A stretch of DNA of 64,000 bases from an uncultured Gammaproteobacteria bacterium (GCA_964538765.1 CAZIHS010000001.1:19966-83965), one strand, 5' to 3'; shown: positions 37,951 through 48,099, counted from the first letter of the stretch. The notes: generated by a model not told the origin, from the letters alone. Made by a program: numbers and translations.

Positions 37951-38871
37951 TTATTTCCACTCAAGACCCCGATCTTTTAACCAGGCATCAATAATTTTTA
38001 ATGACTTTTCGCCAACATTTTTTGATTTACTGACCTGCTCCCGACCCGCTTTGATCAGGGCATCAATAGTGCCAAAACCGGCCTTTTTAAGTGCGTTTGT
38101 CACCCGCAAGGGCAGTTCGATTTCCTCAACCGAAATATCAACACTGGCCGGACCGGCATGGGAAATTAAGGTAACCACTTCCTCTTCATAGTCTTTCGGA
38201 TCGACAATTTGCGACAGGCTACGGATCAGATCCTTGGCGGCATGTTTGATGGCAACCAGAGGCTCAACTGAACCGTCGGTCCAAACTTCCATTGTAAGTT
38301 TGTCAAAGTTGAATTTTTTACCAAGACGGGCTGGTTCAACCGAGTAGTTGGCTTTAACAACCGGAGTGAAAGTGGCATCAAGAATTATCTCGCCGATAAC
38401 CGATGTTTTTTGCTCATTGGCCATGGTATAACCAATGCCGGACTCAACAGTAAGCTCGGCGTTTAACCAGGACTTGGAGTCATTTAAGTTGGCAATGATC
38501 TGGTCGGGATTAACTACCTGGCAACCATCTGCCTGATCAATGTCACCGGCAGTAACTGGTCCCGGACCTTTTTTGCTAAGAGAAAGGGTAATGGGCTGGT
38601 CTCCCCGGTAATTAAACTTTATTTTCTTTAGATTTAGAGATACCTCGACAAGGTCTTCTTTTACTCCCGGAAGAGTGGTAAAAAGATGGTTGGCGCGATC
38701 AAATTTGACCCTGGTAATGGCCGCACCTGGGAGAGTGACAAAAAGAATTCGGCGAAGACCATTGCCGATTGTGTGGCCAAAGCCGCCGATAAGAGGAAAC
38801 ATTTCAAATTTACCGTATTTGGCGGAGCTTTTAATGGTTTTAATTTTGAACTTACTGGTATCGACTGTCAT
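37951..38871 (-). CDS. rpoA: RNA polymerase subunit alpha
   Basis: PL..GFG.TIGN.LRR, PGAAIT, GVKED, D.L.MEVWTDG, alpha-CTD; ATG 38871 preferred. Confidence 0.96.
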   Translation of the reverse strand: MTVDTSKFKIKTIKSSAKYGKFEMFPLIGGFGHTIGNGLRRILFVTLPGAAITRVKFDRANHLFTTLPGVKEDLVEVSLNLKKIKFNYRGDQPITLSLSKKGPGPVTAGDIDQADGCQVVNPDQIIANLNDSKSWLNAELTVESGIGYTMANEQKTSVIGEIILDATFTPVVKANYSVEPARLGKKFNFDKLTMEVWTDGSVEPLVAIKHAAKDLIRSLSQIVDPKDYEEEVVTLISHAGPASVDISVEEIELPLRVTNALKKAGFGTIDALIKAGREQVSKSKNVGEKSLKIIDAWLKDRGLEWK

Positions 38872-38875
38872 ATGG

Positions 38876-39508
38876 TTATCTTGAATAATACTCAATGATT
38901 AAATTTACGTTGATGTCATTTTTAAAGTCGTCCTTGGATGGCAGAGCAAGGACCTTGACGGTAAATTTCTGGCGGTCGATATCAAGCCAGGAAGGGGCCA
39001 CAAAATCCTTGTCATTGATTTTTAGGTCGTCTTTATAAAGGGCAATAGTTTTTGGGTCGGGAAGAATGGTGTCACCGGGTTTAACCAAATAAGAGGCAAT
39101 ATTGACCTTTCGGCCATTAACAAGAATGTGGCGGTGACTGATAACCTGCCTGGCGTGGGAACGGGATAAAACCAGACCGGCAAGATAAATGACATTATCC
39201 AGCCGTCTTTCGAGAAGAGAAATAAGGTTTTCCCCAACTAATCCTTTTAATTTTTTAGCTTTGAGGTAGTAGTTTTTAAATTGGGTTTCATTTACGAGGT
39301 AAGTGCGTTTAGCTTTTTGCTTTGCCCGAAGCTGAATCTTGTAGTCGGTAGATTTTTTTGTGCCTTTAGCGCCATGCATACCTGGTAAAACAGCACCTTT
39401 CTTTTCAATTGGACATTTGGATGAGTAGCAACGCGTTCCTTTCAGGTAAAGTTTGCAGCCTTCCGCCCGACAAAGGCGACATTTAGTATTTAGAGTAATT
39501 CTTGACAT
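38876..39508 (-). CDS. rpsD: 30S ribosomal protein S4
   Basis: CRLCR.EG.KL.LKG.RC, LE.RLDN, ARQ...H.H, IIEYYSR. Confidence 0.96.
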   Translation of the reverse strand: MSRITLNTKCRLCRAEGCKLYLKGTRCYSSKCPIEKKGAVLPGMHGAKGTKKSTDYKIQLRAKQKAKRTYLVNETQFKNYYLKAKKLKGLVGENLISLLERRLDNVIYLAGLVLSRSHARQVISHRHILVNGRKVNIASYLVKPGDTILPDPKTIALYKDDLKINDKDFVAPSWLDIDRQKFTVKVLALPSKDDFKNDINVNLIIEYYSR

Positions 39509-39513
39509 AGAAT

Positions 39514-39906
39514 TTAGGCCCGTCTTTGTTTTGGCGGGCGAGGTCCGTTGTGAGGAACTTTGGTGACATCGGCAATAAGCTCGACATCAAAATCACGTTT
39601 CGACCGAAGATAGCGGAGGGCGGCATCACGACCAACCCCTGGCCCCTGTAAATAAACTTCTAATTTTTTAAGACCATATTTTTTAGCTTCCTCGAGAGCT
39701 TTCTCAATTGCAGAAGTGGCGGCGTAAGGAGTTGATTTCCGTGAACCCTTGAAGCCGGCCCGACCACAAGTGCACCAACTTAGAACGTTGCCTTTAGGGT
39801 CAGTAACACTGACCAAAGTATTGTTAAAAGTTGATTTAACATAAAGCCGGCCCTGGGCAAAGTTCTGGTAGTTTTTTTTAGACGATGAGGGGGTGTTGTT
39901 TGTCAT
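39514..39906 (-). CDS. rpsK: 30S ribosomal protein S11
   Basis: STFNNT, GFKGSRKSTPYAA, GPG.GR, PHNG. Confidence 0.96.
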   Translation of the reverse strand: MTNNTPSSSKKNYQNFAQGRLYVKSTFNNTLVSVTDPKGNVLSWCTCGRAGFKGSRKSTPYAATSAIEKALEEAKKYGLKKLEVYLQGPGVGRDAALRYLRSKRDFDVELIADVTKVPHNGPRPPKQRRA

Positions 39907-39911
39907 ATTAA

Positions 39912-40331
39912 TTATTTGTTGGTTGAAACGTCGGCTTGTTTTTGCTGGCCTTCAATTTTTGCCCAGGCTTCTTTTGTGAGAGAACCAACGGTTTTTCGCT
40001 TACCCTTTCGGGTCCTGGCGTTAGTTTTAGTGCGTTGACCGCGGGAAGGTAGACCAACAATGTGACGAATTCCACGGTAACATTTGATGGCTTTAAGCCG
40101 CTCAATGTTTTCCCGGATTTCTTTTTTGAGCTCTCCTTCGGTTTTAAAAGACTCAAGAGCCTTCATTAATCGACTGATGTCATCACGGGTAAGTTTGTTT
40201 ATCCGCGTGTCAAGGCCGATACCTGCCGTTTTGGCCAACTGAATAACATTATGCTGGCCGATACCGTAAAATCGGGTAAGACCTACCTGGGCTCTCTCTT
40301 GATCGGGGATTTCGACTCCAGCAATTCTCAT
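39912..40331 (-). CDS. rpsM: 30S ribosomal protein S13
   Basis: RIAGV.IP, YRGIRH..GLP.RGQRTKTNARTRKG. Confidence 0.96.
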   Translation of the reverse strand: MRIAGVEIPDQERAQVGLTRFYGIGQHNVIQLAKTAGIGLDTRINKLTRDDISRLMKALESFKTEGELKKEIRENIERLKAIKCYRGIRHIVGLPSRGQRTKTNARTRKGKRKTVGSLTKEAWAKIEGQQKQADVSTNK

Positions 40332-40340
40332 AACAGCTAT

Positions 40341-40454
40341 TTAGCCCTGTCTTTGGCTATGTTTTTTAGTGGAACAGATAACCCGCCTGGCACCCTTGCG
40401 GATGACGATCTTACAGTTCTTACAACGGCGGCGAATACTGGATTTGACCTTCAT
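40341..40454 (-). CDS. rpmJ: 50S ribosomal protein L36
   Basis: [37 protein letters not shown] (37 aa; not in ORF track). Confidence 0.95.
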   Translation of the reverse strand: MKVKSSIRRRCKNCKIVIRKGARRVICSTKKHSQRQG

Positions 40455-40511
40455 AAAAAAGACTTTTGTATTGTAACCTAAAGTTATGGCAATATCAAAG
40501 AGTAAATTGCG

Positions 40512-40715
40512 TCAAAATCGATAAACAATGCGGCCTTTATTGCCATCGGGGGAAAGGACGAGTGATATTTGATCACCAGCAAGAATTCTGATGTGGTTTA
40601 GCCGCAATTTTCCAGCTACATAGGCCACAATTTCATGACCATCTTCGAGTTTTACCCGAAAAAGAGAATTTGGAAGAACTTCGGTGACCAAAGCTTTGAC
40701 GGTTGGGTCTTTCAT
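40512..40715 (-). CDS. infA: translation initiation factor IF-1
   Basis: V.EVLPN..FRVKL, GKLR...IRIL.GD, KGRIVYR. Confidence 0.95.
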   Translation of the reverse strand: MKDPTVKALVTEVLPNSLFRVKLEDGHEIVAYVAGKLRLNHIRILAGDQISLVLSPDGNKGRIVYRF

Positions 40716-40721
40716 TTTTTG

Positions 40722-41321
40722 TTAATTGATAATGGGGTTGGAGACGATAGTGTCAATACCTGAACAAATATCTTCGTAGATGGGTTCTATCGGCCGGTTG
40801 CCGTTTACCCGAAGAAGTTTGTTGATTGAGCCGAAATATCCTAAAACCGGATCGATTGTTTCCTGATACGACTGTTGACGGGAAGCAATGGCTTGAGGCG
40901 TGTTGTCGGTTCGGCTCTTGTCCTGAAAGTTGTTTCCGGCGGACTGACGACGGATGACTATTTCCTCGAAAGTAACGTCCAGATGAATAACCAGAGTAAT
41001 TTCCTGCCCGATAAGGTTTAAATAGTGAGAAATGATCCGTCCCTGGTTTAAAACTCTTGGGAAACCGTCAACGATAAAGTTGTGCTGCTTAATTGCTTCC
41101 AGGCGAGGCCGAAGAGTATCAAAAACAAGATCGTCGGGGACCCATTTGCCATGATCTATATATGATTTTGCCTGAAGACCGAGTTGACTTGCAAGCTCTA
41201 TCTCCTGGCGCAATATGTCTCCCATCGAAAGGTGGGTTAGGTTATATTTTGAGGCGATTTTTTTTGCCTGAGTTGATTTTCCGCATCCTGATGGTCCGAT
41301 AATAAAAAGGTTGAGATCCAT
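40722..41321 (-). CDS. adk: adenylate kinase (short LID)
   Basis: GPSGCGKSTQA, HLSMGD.LR, G..VPD, DGFPR, R.D. Confidence 0.9.
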   Translation of the reverse strand: MDLNLFIIGPSGCGKSTQAKKIASKYNLTHLSMGDILRQEIELASQLGLQAKSYIDHGKWVPDDLVFDTLRPRLEAIKQHNFIVDGFPRVLNQGRIISHYLNLIGQEITLVIHLDVTFEEIVIRRQSAGNNFQDKSRTDNTPQAIASRQQSYQETIDPVLGYFGSINKLLRVNGNRPIEPIYEDICSGIDTIVSNPIIN

Positions 41322-41326
41322 GTGAC

Positions 41327-42610
41327 TTATCGATAGCTTATTTTATCGTAATTGTATGTTTGGATGGCATTTTCTATTCTTCTGGTTACCTCGATAACAA
41401 CAGAAACAACAATTAGAACGCTGGTACCACCAATGGTGATGGTAGTAATCCCGGTGGCTTTTTGAACAAGTGATGGGGAAATGGCGATTAGACCAAGGAA
41501 AACGGCACCAACAGCAACAACACGGTTGACTAAATACCGGATCCTGTTTTCAGTGGCCTGTCCGGGGCGGATACCGGGGATGAAACCACCTGACTTTCGA
41601 AGTTCGTCGGAAATGTCCTTTGGTTTAAATACGACAGATGTGTAGAAAAAAGTGAAGGCAATGACGAGGACAAAATAGAAAAGCATATAAAGGTAGCTGT
41701 CGGTGCGAAAAAGTCTGGCGATGGTTAGGGCTGCTTGAGAAATTAGAGGCTGAGGAAGCCGGCCCAAGAACTGGCCCAAAAGAGAGGGAACGGTGGCAAG
41801 TGAAACAGCGAAAATGATGGGCATAACTCCAGCAGTATCAACTTTTATGGGAAGATAGGTTACCTGGGCCCGCCTGGCATAGTGAACCGGAATCCGTAAA
41901 ACGGCCTCTTCAACCATAACAATGGCTAAAATCAAACTGACCGCAAGGATAATAAAGACAATGAGATTAAAACCGGTTTGCGGATTGGAAAAATCGGTAA
42001 GGTTGGCTGTTTGAAACAAGCTTATTGGCATCCGGGCAATAATGCCTGCAAATATTATCATCGAAATGCCATTACCAAGGCCAAACTGATTAATCAGCTC
42101 GCCTAAAAATATCATGACCATGGTTCCCGCCAACATGCTGGCAATCATGGCCACTAAAGTTAGTGGAGAGAGGTTGGTAATAATGTTTTGGGAACGAAGA
42201 ATACCATACATTCCAATAGACTGAACAATTGATAACGGGACAGTGGCAAAACGGGTGTACTGGTTAATTTTCGCCCGCCCATACTCCCCTTCTTTAGACA
42301 ATTGTTCAAGTTTGGGAGAAACAAGTGTAAAAAGTTGAAGCATTACCGAGGCGTTAATGTAGGGGTTGAGACCGAGTGCAGCGATAGAAAAATTTGCCAG
42401 AGTTCCTCCAGAAAATATGTCTAATAGAGACAAAAGCTGATTCTGGGCAAAAAAGTTTCGAAGCAGACCCAGGTTTACCCCGGGAACAGGAATGTGAGCA
42501 ATCAGCCTAAAAAGGATTAAGACAGAAAGAGTAAATAATATTTTCTGCCTTAATATGGGTGTTTTTATTCCCTCAAGATATAGAGAAAGGGCCTTTATAA
42601 TCCGATTCAT
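41327..42610 (-). CDS. secY: preprotein translocase SecY
   Basis: [49 protein letters not shown]. Confidence 0.97.
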   Translation of the reverse strand: MNRIIKALSLYLEGIKTPILRQKILFTLSVLILFRLIAHIPVPGVNLGLLRNFFAQNQLLSLLDIFSGGTLANFSIAALGLNPYINASVMLQLFTLVSPKLEQLSKEGEYGRAKINQYTRFATVPLSIVQSIGMYGILRSQNIITNLSPLTLVAMIASMLAGTMVMIFLGELINQFGLGNGISMIIFAGIIARMPISLFQTANLTDFSNPQTGFNLIVFIILAVSLILAIVMVEEAVLRIPVHYARRAQVTYLPIKVDTAGVMPIIFAVSLATVPSLLGQFLGRLPQPLISQAALTIARLFRTDSYLYMLFYFVLVIAFTFFYTSVVFKPKDISDELRKSGGFIPGIRPGQATENRIRYLVNRVVAVGAVFLGLIAISPSLVQKATGITTITIGGTSVLIVVSVVIEVTRRIENAIQTYNYDKISYR

Positions 42611-43059
42611 TAGTCTATACTACCACCGGCGCCAATGATTTTTTTACGGGCTGCCGCCGAGACTTGTATACCTTTTAGATGCAAGGCGTGGCTGATTTGC
42701 CCACGGGAAAGAATTTTAATATAAAAAGGTCTTTGAGGAACCTGAGAAGGGATCTTTTCTTTTATTTTAGCCGGGTTAATTTCAGCGGTTTTGGGAAAAA
42801 CCGCCGCCAGGCTAGAAAGACTAAGGGTTAGAACTACTTTTTGAGAATTGAGGCGGTGTTTACCGCGATAAAACGGTAACCTCTTTATCCACGATTTCTT
42901 AATTTTGGTGCCGTCAAAGGTAATTTTGGTTTTTCCCCTTGCCTTGTCTCCCTTGGCTCCCCGACCAACGGTATGACCGCCAACTCCCGAACCGTAGCCA
43001 CGTCCAAGCCGTTTCTGGGATTTACCCTTAATTTTAACAAGCTGATGAATTAGAGACAT
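42610..43059 (-). CDS. rplO: 50S ribosomal protein L15
   Basis: KRLGRG.GSG...T.GRG.KG.KAR; A..KI...GG. Confidence 0.93.
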   Translation of the reverse strand: MSLIHQLVKIKGKSQKRLGRGYGSGVGGHTVGRGAKGDKARGKTKITFDGTKIKKSWIKRLPFYRGKHRLNSQKVVLTLSLSSLAAVFPKTAEINPAKIKEKIPSQVPQRPFYIKILSRGQISHALHLKGIQVSAAARKKIIGAGGSID

Positions 43060-43062
43060 ATA

Positions 43063-43533
43063 CTAGCGGTTTAACTGCGATAATGCTTTTAAGGTTGTCC
43101 AAACGTTTAAGGATTTGTTGCGGGAACCAATGATTTTGCTGGCGAGATCTTTGATGCCGGCAACTTCGACTACTGCCCGAACCGGACCGCCGGCAATTAA
43201 GCCGCTACCCGATTTGCCCGGCCGAATTAGAATGCGGGCACCCTTATATTTTAAAGCGACACTTTTTCCAATCGTGCCATCTATTATGGGAACCAGAATT
43301 AAACTCTTTCGGGCTTTATTAATTGCCTTTTGAATGGCATCGGCAACACTTTTTGCTTTTCCTAAACCAACTCCGACTTTGCCCTTTTTGTCACCAGTAA
43401 CTACCAGGGCGGTAAAGGATATTTGGTTTCCACCCTTTGATTTATTGGAGACTCTTTTAATCTCGACAACTTTATCGACAAATTCGGTTTCCACTTTTTC
43501 AAACCGGTAGAAGTCTTTGCTGTTTTGGGCCAT
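43063..43533 (-). CDS. rpsE: 30S ribosomal protein S5
   Basis: RV....KGG...SF.ALVV.GD, G.G.IAGG.VRAV.E.AG. Confidence 0.95.
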   Translation of the reverse strand: MAQNSKDFYRFEKVETEFVDKVVEIKRVSNKSKGGNQISFTALVVTGDKKGKVGVGLGKAKSVADAIQKAINKARKSLILVPIIDGTIGKSVALKYKGARILIRPGKSGSGLIAGGPVRAVVEVAGIKDLASKIIGSRNKSLNVWTTLKALSQLNR

Positions 43534-43536
43534 AAG

Positions 43537-43890
43537 TTAAAATTTTAAACCTCCTTGACGGGAAGACTCGGCAAGTTTTTTTATTCGGCCATGGTAAAGA
43601 TATGGACCGCGGTCAAACTTGACTATTTTAATGTTATTTTTCAAGGCCTGTTTGGCCAGTTTTTCACCAAGAATTCTGGCCTGCTCTACTTTGGAGGCGG
43701 TTAATTCTTCTTTGGATAAATTCTTGGTTGAAAGAGAGTAGAGGGTTTTGCCATGAAGATCATCTATAATCTGTACCCAAAGATGGCGGTTACTGCGAAA
43801 TACGGTAAGCCTGGGAACACCGGGATTAACCAGAAATAGCTTTCTTCTAACTCTTTTAACTCTTCTAATTTTTGGGTTATGGTTAATCAT
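43537..43890 (-). CDS. rplR: 50S ribosomal protein L18
   Basis: PRL.VFRSN.H...QIIDD, FDRG.Y.YHGR. Confidence 0.95.
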   Translation of the reverse strand: MINHNPKIRRVKRVRRKLFLVNPGVPRLTVFRSNRHLWVQIIDDLHGKTLYSLSTKNLSKEELTASKVEQARILGEKLAKQALKNNIKIVKFDRGPYLYHGRIKKLAESSRQGGLKF

Positions 43891-43895
43891 TTTAT

Positions 43896-44435
43896 TTAGG
43901 CTTTTGTGGTTTTGCCTGGTTTTAACTTAACATATTCACCAAGATAACGAATGCCCTTGCCTTTGTATACTTCTGGTTTCCTTACTTTTCGAATGTTGCT
44001 GGCGACCTGGCCAACAACAACTTTGTCGCAACCGGTAACGGTGATTTTAGTGTCTTCAGCAACCTGAAACTGAACCCCGGGAGGGGCAGTTATTATAACC
44101 GGGTGAATAAAGCCTGCCAATATAGTAAGCTTGGTGCCGTCGGTTTGGGCCTTGTAGCCGGTTCCCCTTATCTCCAGTTGCTTTGACCAGGGAGTGGTGA
44201 CACCAAGAACCATATTATTGATAACTGAACGAATGGAACCATGATTGGCTTTGGTATTTTTGTCTTCCCCGCCTCGCGAAACGAAAAGCCGGTTGTCTTT
44301 TTGAAGAATTTCTATCTTTCGGGGTAGGTTGAGAGACAGGACACCTTTTGGACCGGTAATTGTTACCTGACGGCCCTGAAGTTCAAATTTAACTTCATCG
44401 GGAAGGGAAACTGGTAGTTGGCCAATTTTGGACAT
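43896..44435 (-). CDS. rplF: 50S ribosomal protein L6
   Basis: MSKIG..P, GPKG.L, R.PE.YKGKGIRY. Confidence 0.95.
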   Translation of the reverse strand: MSKIGQLPVSLPDEVKFELQGRQVTITGPKGVLSLNLPRKIEILQKDNRLFVSRGGEDKNTKANHGSIRSVINNMVLGVTTPWSKQLEIRGTGYKAQTDGTKLTILAGFIHPVIITAPPGVQFQVAEDTKITVTGCDKVVVGQVASNIRKVRKPEVYKGKGIRYLGEYVKLKPGKTTKA

Positions 44436-44437
44436 AT

Positions 44438-44830
44438 TTAGTTGATCTCGGCAATAATCTCACCACCAAGGCCTTTAGACTTAGCCTGCCTTTGGGTCAT
44501 TAACCCAGATGAAGTGGAAACAATAATAATTGATTTTTTCGATCTGCCCCAGGGAAGCGAAGTCGATTTTTCATAATATCTTCTTCCTGGCTTTGAAAGG
44601 ATAGTCACCTGACTGATTAAAGGAGAGCCGGCAACTGTGGGAACCAGTTTAACGTTTAGTGTTTTTTTCTTTTCGCCTACAACCGAATAGTCAATGATCA
44701 GTTGATTGTCTTTTAGAAGTTTTGAAATGTTAAGACAAAAGTCGGAGTAGGGTGTCGATAAATCTGTTTTACCGGCTAAATAGGCATTTTTAATTCGAAT
44801 AAGAAAATCGGTGGGTAGTGAGTTGATCAT
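44438..44830 (-). CDS. rpsH: 30S ribosomal protein S8
   Basis: D.L.RIKNA, SKPGRRYY, IVSTSSGLMT, GGE; ATG 44830. Confidence 0.94.
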   Translation of the reverse strand: MINSLPTDFLIRIKNAYLAGKTDLSTPYSDFCLNISKLLKDNQLIIDYSVVGEKKKTLNVKLVPTVAGSPLISQVTILSKPGRRYYEKSTSLPWGRSKKSIIIVSTSSGLMTQRQAKSKGLGGEIIAEIN

Positions 44831-44832
44831 AG

Positions 44833-45018
44833 TCACCAGCTGGCTTTTTTTACTCCCGGAAGAAAACCGGAAGCGGCGAGTTGCCGAAAACAAAGCCGAC
44901 ATAAACCAAATAAACGGATATAGCCACGCGGACGGCCACAAACCTGACATCGGTTGTGATAACGGGTTTTAAATTTCAATTTCTTTTTTTCTCTGGCGAT
45001 TTTGGCAATATTGGCCAT
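44833..45018 (-). CDS. rpsN: 30S ribosomal protein S14, zinc-binding type
   Basis: [29 protein letters not shown]. Confidence 0.96.
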   Translation of the reverse strand: MANIAKIAREKKKLKFKTRYHNRCQVCGRPRGYIRLFGLCRLCFRQLAASGFLPGVKKASW

Positions 45019-45020
45019 AA

Positions 45021-45533
45021 TTATTTTTGGAAGGCGAAACCTAGGGCAGATAATAACATTTTTGATTCTGATTTTGAAGCGGCAGAGGTGACAAGAGTGA
45101 TTTGAAGAGGACGTATTTTGGTAATTCGATCTAGATTTATCTCGGGAAAATAGGTTTGATCTTTAATAACAAGGTTGTAGTTTCCGATTTGATCAAATGA
45201 TGATTCGGGCATTCCTTTAAAATCACGAAGACGGGGAAGGACTATGTTGAAAAGTTTGGTTACAAAATCGTACATCCGTTTTCCTCTCAAAGTCACTTTG
45301 AAGGCAAGGGGGTCGTTGGCTCTAATTTTAAAGCTTGATACGGCCTTTTTGGCCCGACACAGGCGTGGTTTTTGGCCGGTTATGGCCATTATTTCCTCCT
45401 GGGCCTGATTTAAAGATTCCTGGCTTTCTCTGCCATCGGAAACCCGATAGTTGATAACAACCTTGCTCAGCCGCGGCAGGGAAAAAATATTACGATTTTT
45501 TAGATTTGGAAAATTTATGACGGGAGTAGACAT
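45021..45533 (-). CDS. rplE: 50S ribosomal protein L5
   Basis: ITGQKP...AKKA.S.FKIR, KVTLRG.RMY, LPR.RDF.G, FPEI. Confidence 0.94.
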   Translation of the reverse strand: MSTPVINFPNLKNRNIFSLPRLSKVVINYRVSDGRESQESLNQAQEEIMAITGQKPRLCRAKKAVSSFKIRANDPLAFKVTLRGKRMYDFVTKLFNIVLPRLRDFKGMPESSFDQIGNYNLVIKDQTYFPEINLDRITKIRPLQITLVTSAASKSESKMLLSALGFAFQK

Positions 45534-45535
45534 GG

Positions 45536-45856
45536 TTATTTAATTTTTGGAATAATTGGTTGTCGGCATTTTTTGCATATTCTAACCTTGTCGCCTTTTT
45601 TATCGACAAGATAGCCGATTCTAGATGGTTTTTTACAATTTGGACAAATTAGCGATATTTTTGAGATAGATAGCGGCCTTTCTTTTTCAATAATCCCGCC
45701 CTTTTTGTCTTGTGACGGTTTGAGATGTTTTTTAAAAAGGTTAATACCTTTAATAATCAAGCGGCCGCTTTTTGGAAAAGAAAACACAACCTCGCCCTGA
45801 CGGCCCTTATCTTTACCTGAATTAATTTGGACGGTATCACCTTTCTTAATTTTCAT
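45536..45856 (-). CDS. rplX: 50S ribosomal protein L24
   Basis: IKKGD.V....GKDKG..G.V, KKH.KP, GGIIEKE. Confidence 0.95.
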   Translation of the reverse strand: MKIKKGDTVQINSGKDKGRQGEVVFSFPKSGRLIIKGINLFKKHLKPSQDKKGGIIEKERPLSISKISLICPNCKKPSRIGYLVDKKGDKVRICKKCRQPIIPKIK

Positions 45857-45859
45857 AGT

Positions 45860-46228
45860 TTAATAGACTTCATTGGCCATTGAGGCGATTTTTGTAAATC
45901 CTGCGTCCTTTATTTCACGGGCGATTGGCCCAAAAATGCGGGTTCCCCTTGGATTATTTTGTGAATCAATAATGACACCGGCATTGTCGCTAAAGCTGAT
46001 ATATGACCCATCCTGGCGGGGGAATTCTTTTTTGGTTCGAACAATGACCATTTTAACTTTTTCTTTTTTCTTAATCAGTCCATTTGGAATAGCACTTTTG
46101 ACGACCGCCAAAACAATATCTCCAATTGTGGCTTTTTTGTGGTGATGACCGCGGTATACGTGAACCACCTGGGCGATTCGAACACCACAGTTGTCAGCGG
46201 GTTTAATTATTGATCTTAATTGGATCAT
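45860..46228 (-). CDS. rplN: 50S ribosomal protein L14
   Basis: MIQ....ADN.G, R.DGS.I.F.DNA, GTRIFGP.ARE; ATG 46228. Confidence 0.96.
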   Translation of the reverse strand: MIQLRSIIKPADNCGVRIAQVVHVYRGHHHKKATIGDIVLAVVKSAIPNGLIKKKEKVKMVIVRTKKEFPRQDGSYISFSDNAGVIIDSQNNPRGTRIFGPIAREIKDAGFTKIASMANEVY

Positions 46229-46229
46229 A

Positions 46230-46505
46230 TTATGATACTTTGATGACCTCAACAGTGGTAAAGCGCTTTAGCTTGCTGAGAGGCCGACACTCTTTAACCT
46301 TAACAAAATCACCGGTTTTAACCTTTAAATTGTTGTCGACGTAGATATTTTTATGTTTTTTGATGATCTTGCGATAAATTGGATGGCGGGACTTGTATTC
46401 GAGCGAAACAACAACCGTTCCGGTCATTTTATCCGAAACAACCTTACCCAGAAATATTTTTCCTTCGGTGGCTGGCTGGTTTAATTTATTGGCTTTTTTT
46501 ATCAT
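46230..46505 (-). CDS. rpsQ: 30S ribosomal protein S17
   Basis: G.VVSDKM..TVVV, HP.Y.K, ECRPLSK.KRF. Confidence 0.95.
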   Translation of the reverse strand: MIKKANKLNQPATEGKIFLGKVVSDKMTGTVVVSLEYKSRHPIYRKIIKKHKNIYVDNNLKVKTGDFVKVKECRPLSKLKRFTTVEVIKVS

Positions 46506-46698
46506 TTTGATGTTGATTAATATAGGTTTTTATCATCGCGATTTGTTGGCGAATTTTTTTGATTACTGACGAATCTTTCAGACTGCCGTTTGATAACTTC
46601 ACCCTGTTTTCAACTAGACTTTTTTGGAGCTCAAAAGCCTGTTTCTCCAGCTCGGCGGAACTTTTTTCGCGATAGGATATTTTATCAGCTTTTTTCAT
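46486..46698 (-). CDS. rpmC: 50S ribosomal protein L29
   Basis: EL......L...L, IR..IA..KT; position between rplP and rpsQ. Confidence 0.9.
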   Translation of the reverse strand: MKKADKISYREKSSAELEKQAFELQKSLVENRVKLSNGSLKDSSVIKKIRQQIAMIKTYINQHQNDKKSQ

Positions 46699-46707
46699 AA
46701 GAAGATC

Positions 46708-47112
46708 CTATTTTCTGGAAACAATTTTGCTAACAAGGGGTAGTTTGGCAGCTGCCAGCGAGAGAGCAATTTTTGCTTCCTGTGGAGAAATTCCGGAAAC
46801 TTCAAACATAACCCGGCCGGGGCGAACCACACACACATAACCTTTTACATCTCCTTTACCGGCTCCAAGCGGCGCACCAGCTCCTTTTTCGGTGATTGGC
46901 TTGTCAGGAAAAAGACGAACCCACATTCTGCCGTTTCTCTTGGTGGCATGGGCAATACTCCGACGAGCGGCTTCAATTTGGTTGGAAGTGATCCAGCCGC
47001 AAGCCAGAGATTTGAGTCCATATTCTCCAAAAGAGACCAGGTTGCCTTTTGAAAGACCGCGCATTTTACCTCGGAATTGTTTTCGGTATTTGGTTCGGCT
47101 TGGTTGAAGCAT
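46708..47112 (-). CDS. rplP: 50S ribosomal protein L16
   Basis: MLQP.RTKYRKQ.RG, QIEAAR, R.FPDKP.T, G.GKG. Confidence 0.95.
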   Translation of the reverse strand: MLQPSRTKYRKQFRGKMRGLSKGNLVSFGEYGLKSLACGWITSNQIEAARRSIAHATKRNGRMWVRLFPDKPITEKGAGAPLGAGKGDVKGYVCVVRPGRVMFEVSGISPQEAKIALSLAAAKLPLVSKIVSRK

Positions 47113-47123
47113 AGTAATTTATT

Positions 47124-47762
47124 TTAGGTTAGACAAAGGTAAACCTTTACTCCGATGTAACCTGAACGGGTAAGTGATGGGGACTGAAAATAATCAATTT
47201 TTGAACGTAAAGTGCTTAAGGGCACTTTACCCCGCGAAAACTTTTCGCGGCGACTGATCTCGGCTCCATTTATACGTCCCGACAGAATAATTTTAACACC
47301 TTTAGCACCAGAAGTTAGGCATTTTTCCATAGCTGACAAAACAACACGGCGATAGGGCATTCTCTTGGTTAACTGGTAGGAGATTTTTTGGGCAACAAGC
47401 TTGGCAGAAAGATCAAAGTTTTTAAATTCCTCAACCTGGATATCAATATTTTGTTTATTGTTCCTGCCGATGATTTTTTGAACATCCTTCTTGACTGCCT
47501 CAAGCTCTTTACCTCCCCGACCAATTACTAGACCAGGACGACTAACAATCAGGTTAAGCTTGATCTTTTTGGTAGAACGTTCAATGCGGATAGCGACAAT
47601 GCCGGCTGATGCCAGTTTTTTTTCGAGAAAATCCCTTATTTTTTTGTCCTGAATAACCAGATCTTTGTAGGTTTTGGTGTCGGCATACCAGGAAGACTGC
47701 CATTCCGGCGAGTTCTTGACAGTTTCCAGACGAAAATTGATCGGATTAATTTTTTGTCCCAT
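47124..47762 (-). CDS. rpsC: 30S ribosomal protein S3
   Basis: MGQK.NP..FRL, RPG.VIG.GG, SGR.NGAEI.R.E, VPL.TLR..IDY. Confidence 0.96.
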   Translation of the reverse strand: MGQKINPINFRLETVKNSPEWQSSWYADTKTYKDLVIQDKKIRDFLEKKLASAGIVAIRIERSTKKIKLNLIVSRPGLVIGRGGKELEAVKKDVQKIIGRNNKQNIDIQVEEFKNFDLSAKLVAQKISYQLTKRMPYRRVVLSAMEKCLTSGAKGVKIILSGRINGAEISRREKFSRGKVPLSTLRSKIDYFQSPSLTRSGYIGVKVYLCLT

Positions 47763-48099
47763 ATAATTGGATATTTAAACGACTGTGCCGCTTGGTGATA
47801 ATGCCGCGGGCAAAGCGAGACCCATGAGATTTATCTATCTTTTTTGTTTTAGAGCCTTCGTTGACGGTTATTTTAACAAACTTTAGGCTGTTTGGATCAA
47901 AGGAATAGTTGTGTTTGGCCGAGGCGATAGCGTCAGACAGACAACGGTGAAGAAGGCGGGCCGCTTTTGTGTTAGTGAGCTTAAGGCGACTGGCGGCAGC
48001 CAAAGGATTGAGGGGTTTGATCTCGTTGACCAGAATCCGAAGCTTACGGGGCGAAATCATTAAATTGGGATGGCTATATTTAGAGATATTGGAGTCCAT
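47746..48099 (-). CDS. rplV: 50S ribosomal protein L22
   Basis: ISPRKLR...I, A.A.A.HN, V.EG...K, I.KR.S; ATG 48099. Confidence 0.88.
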   Translation of the reverse strand: MDSNISKYSHPNLMISPRKLRILVNEIKPLNPLAAASRLKLTNTKAARLLHRCLSDAIASAKHNYSFDPNSLKFVKITVNEGSKTKKIDKSHGSRFARGIITKRHSRLNIQLYGTKN

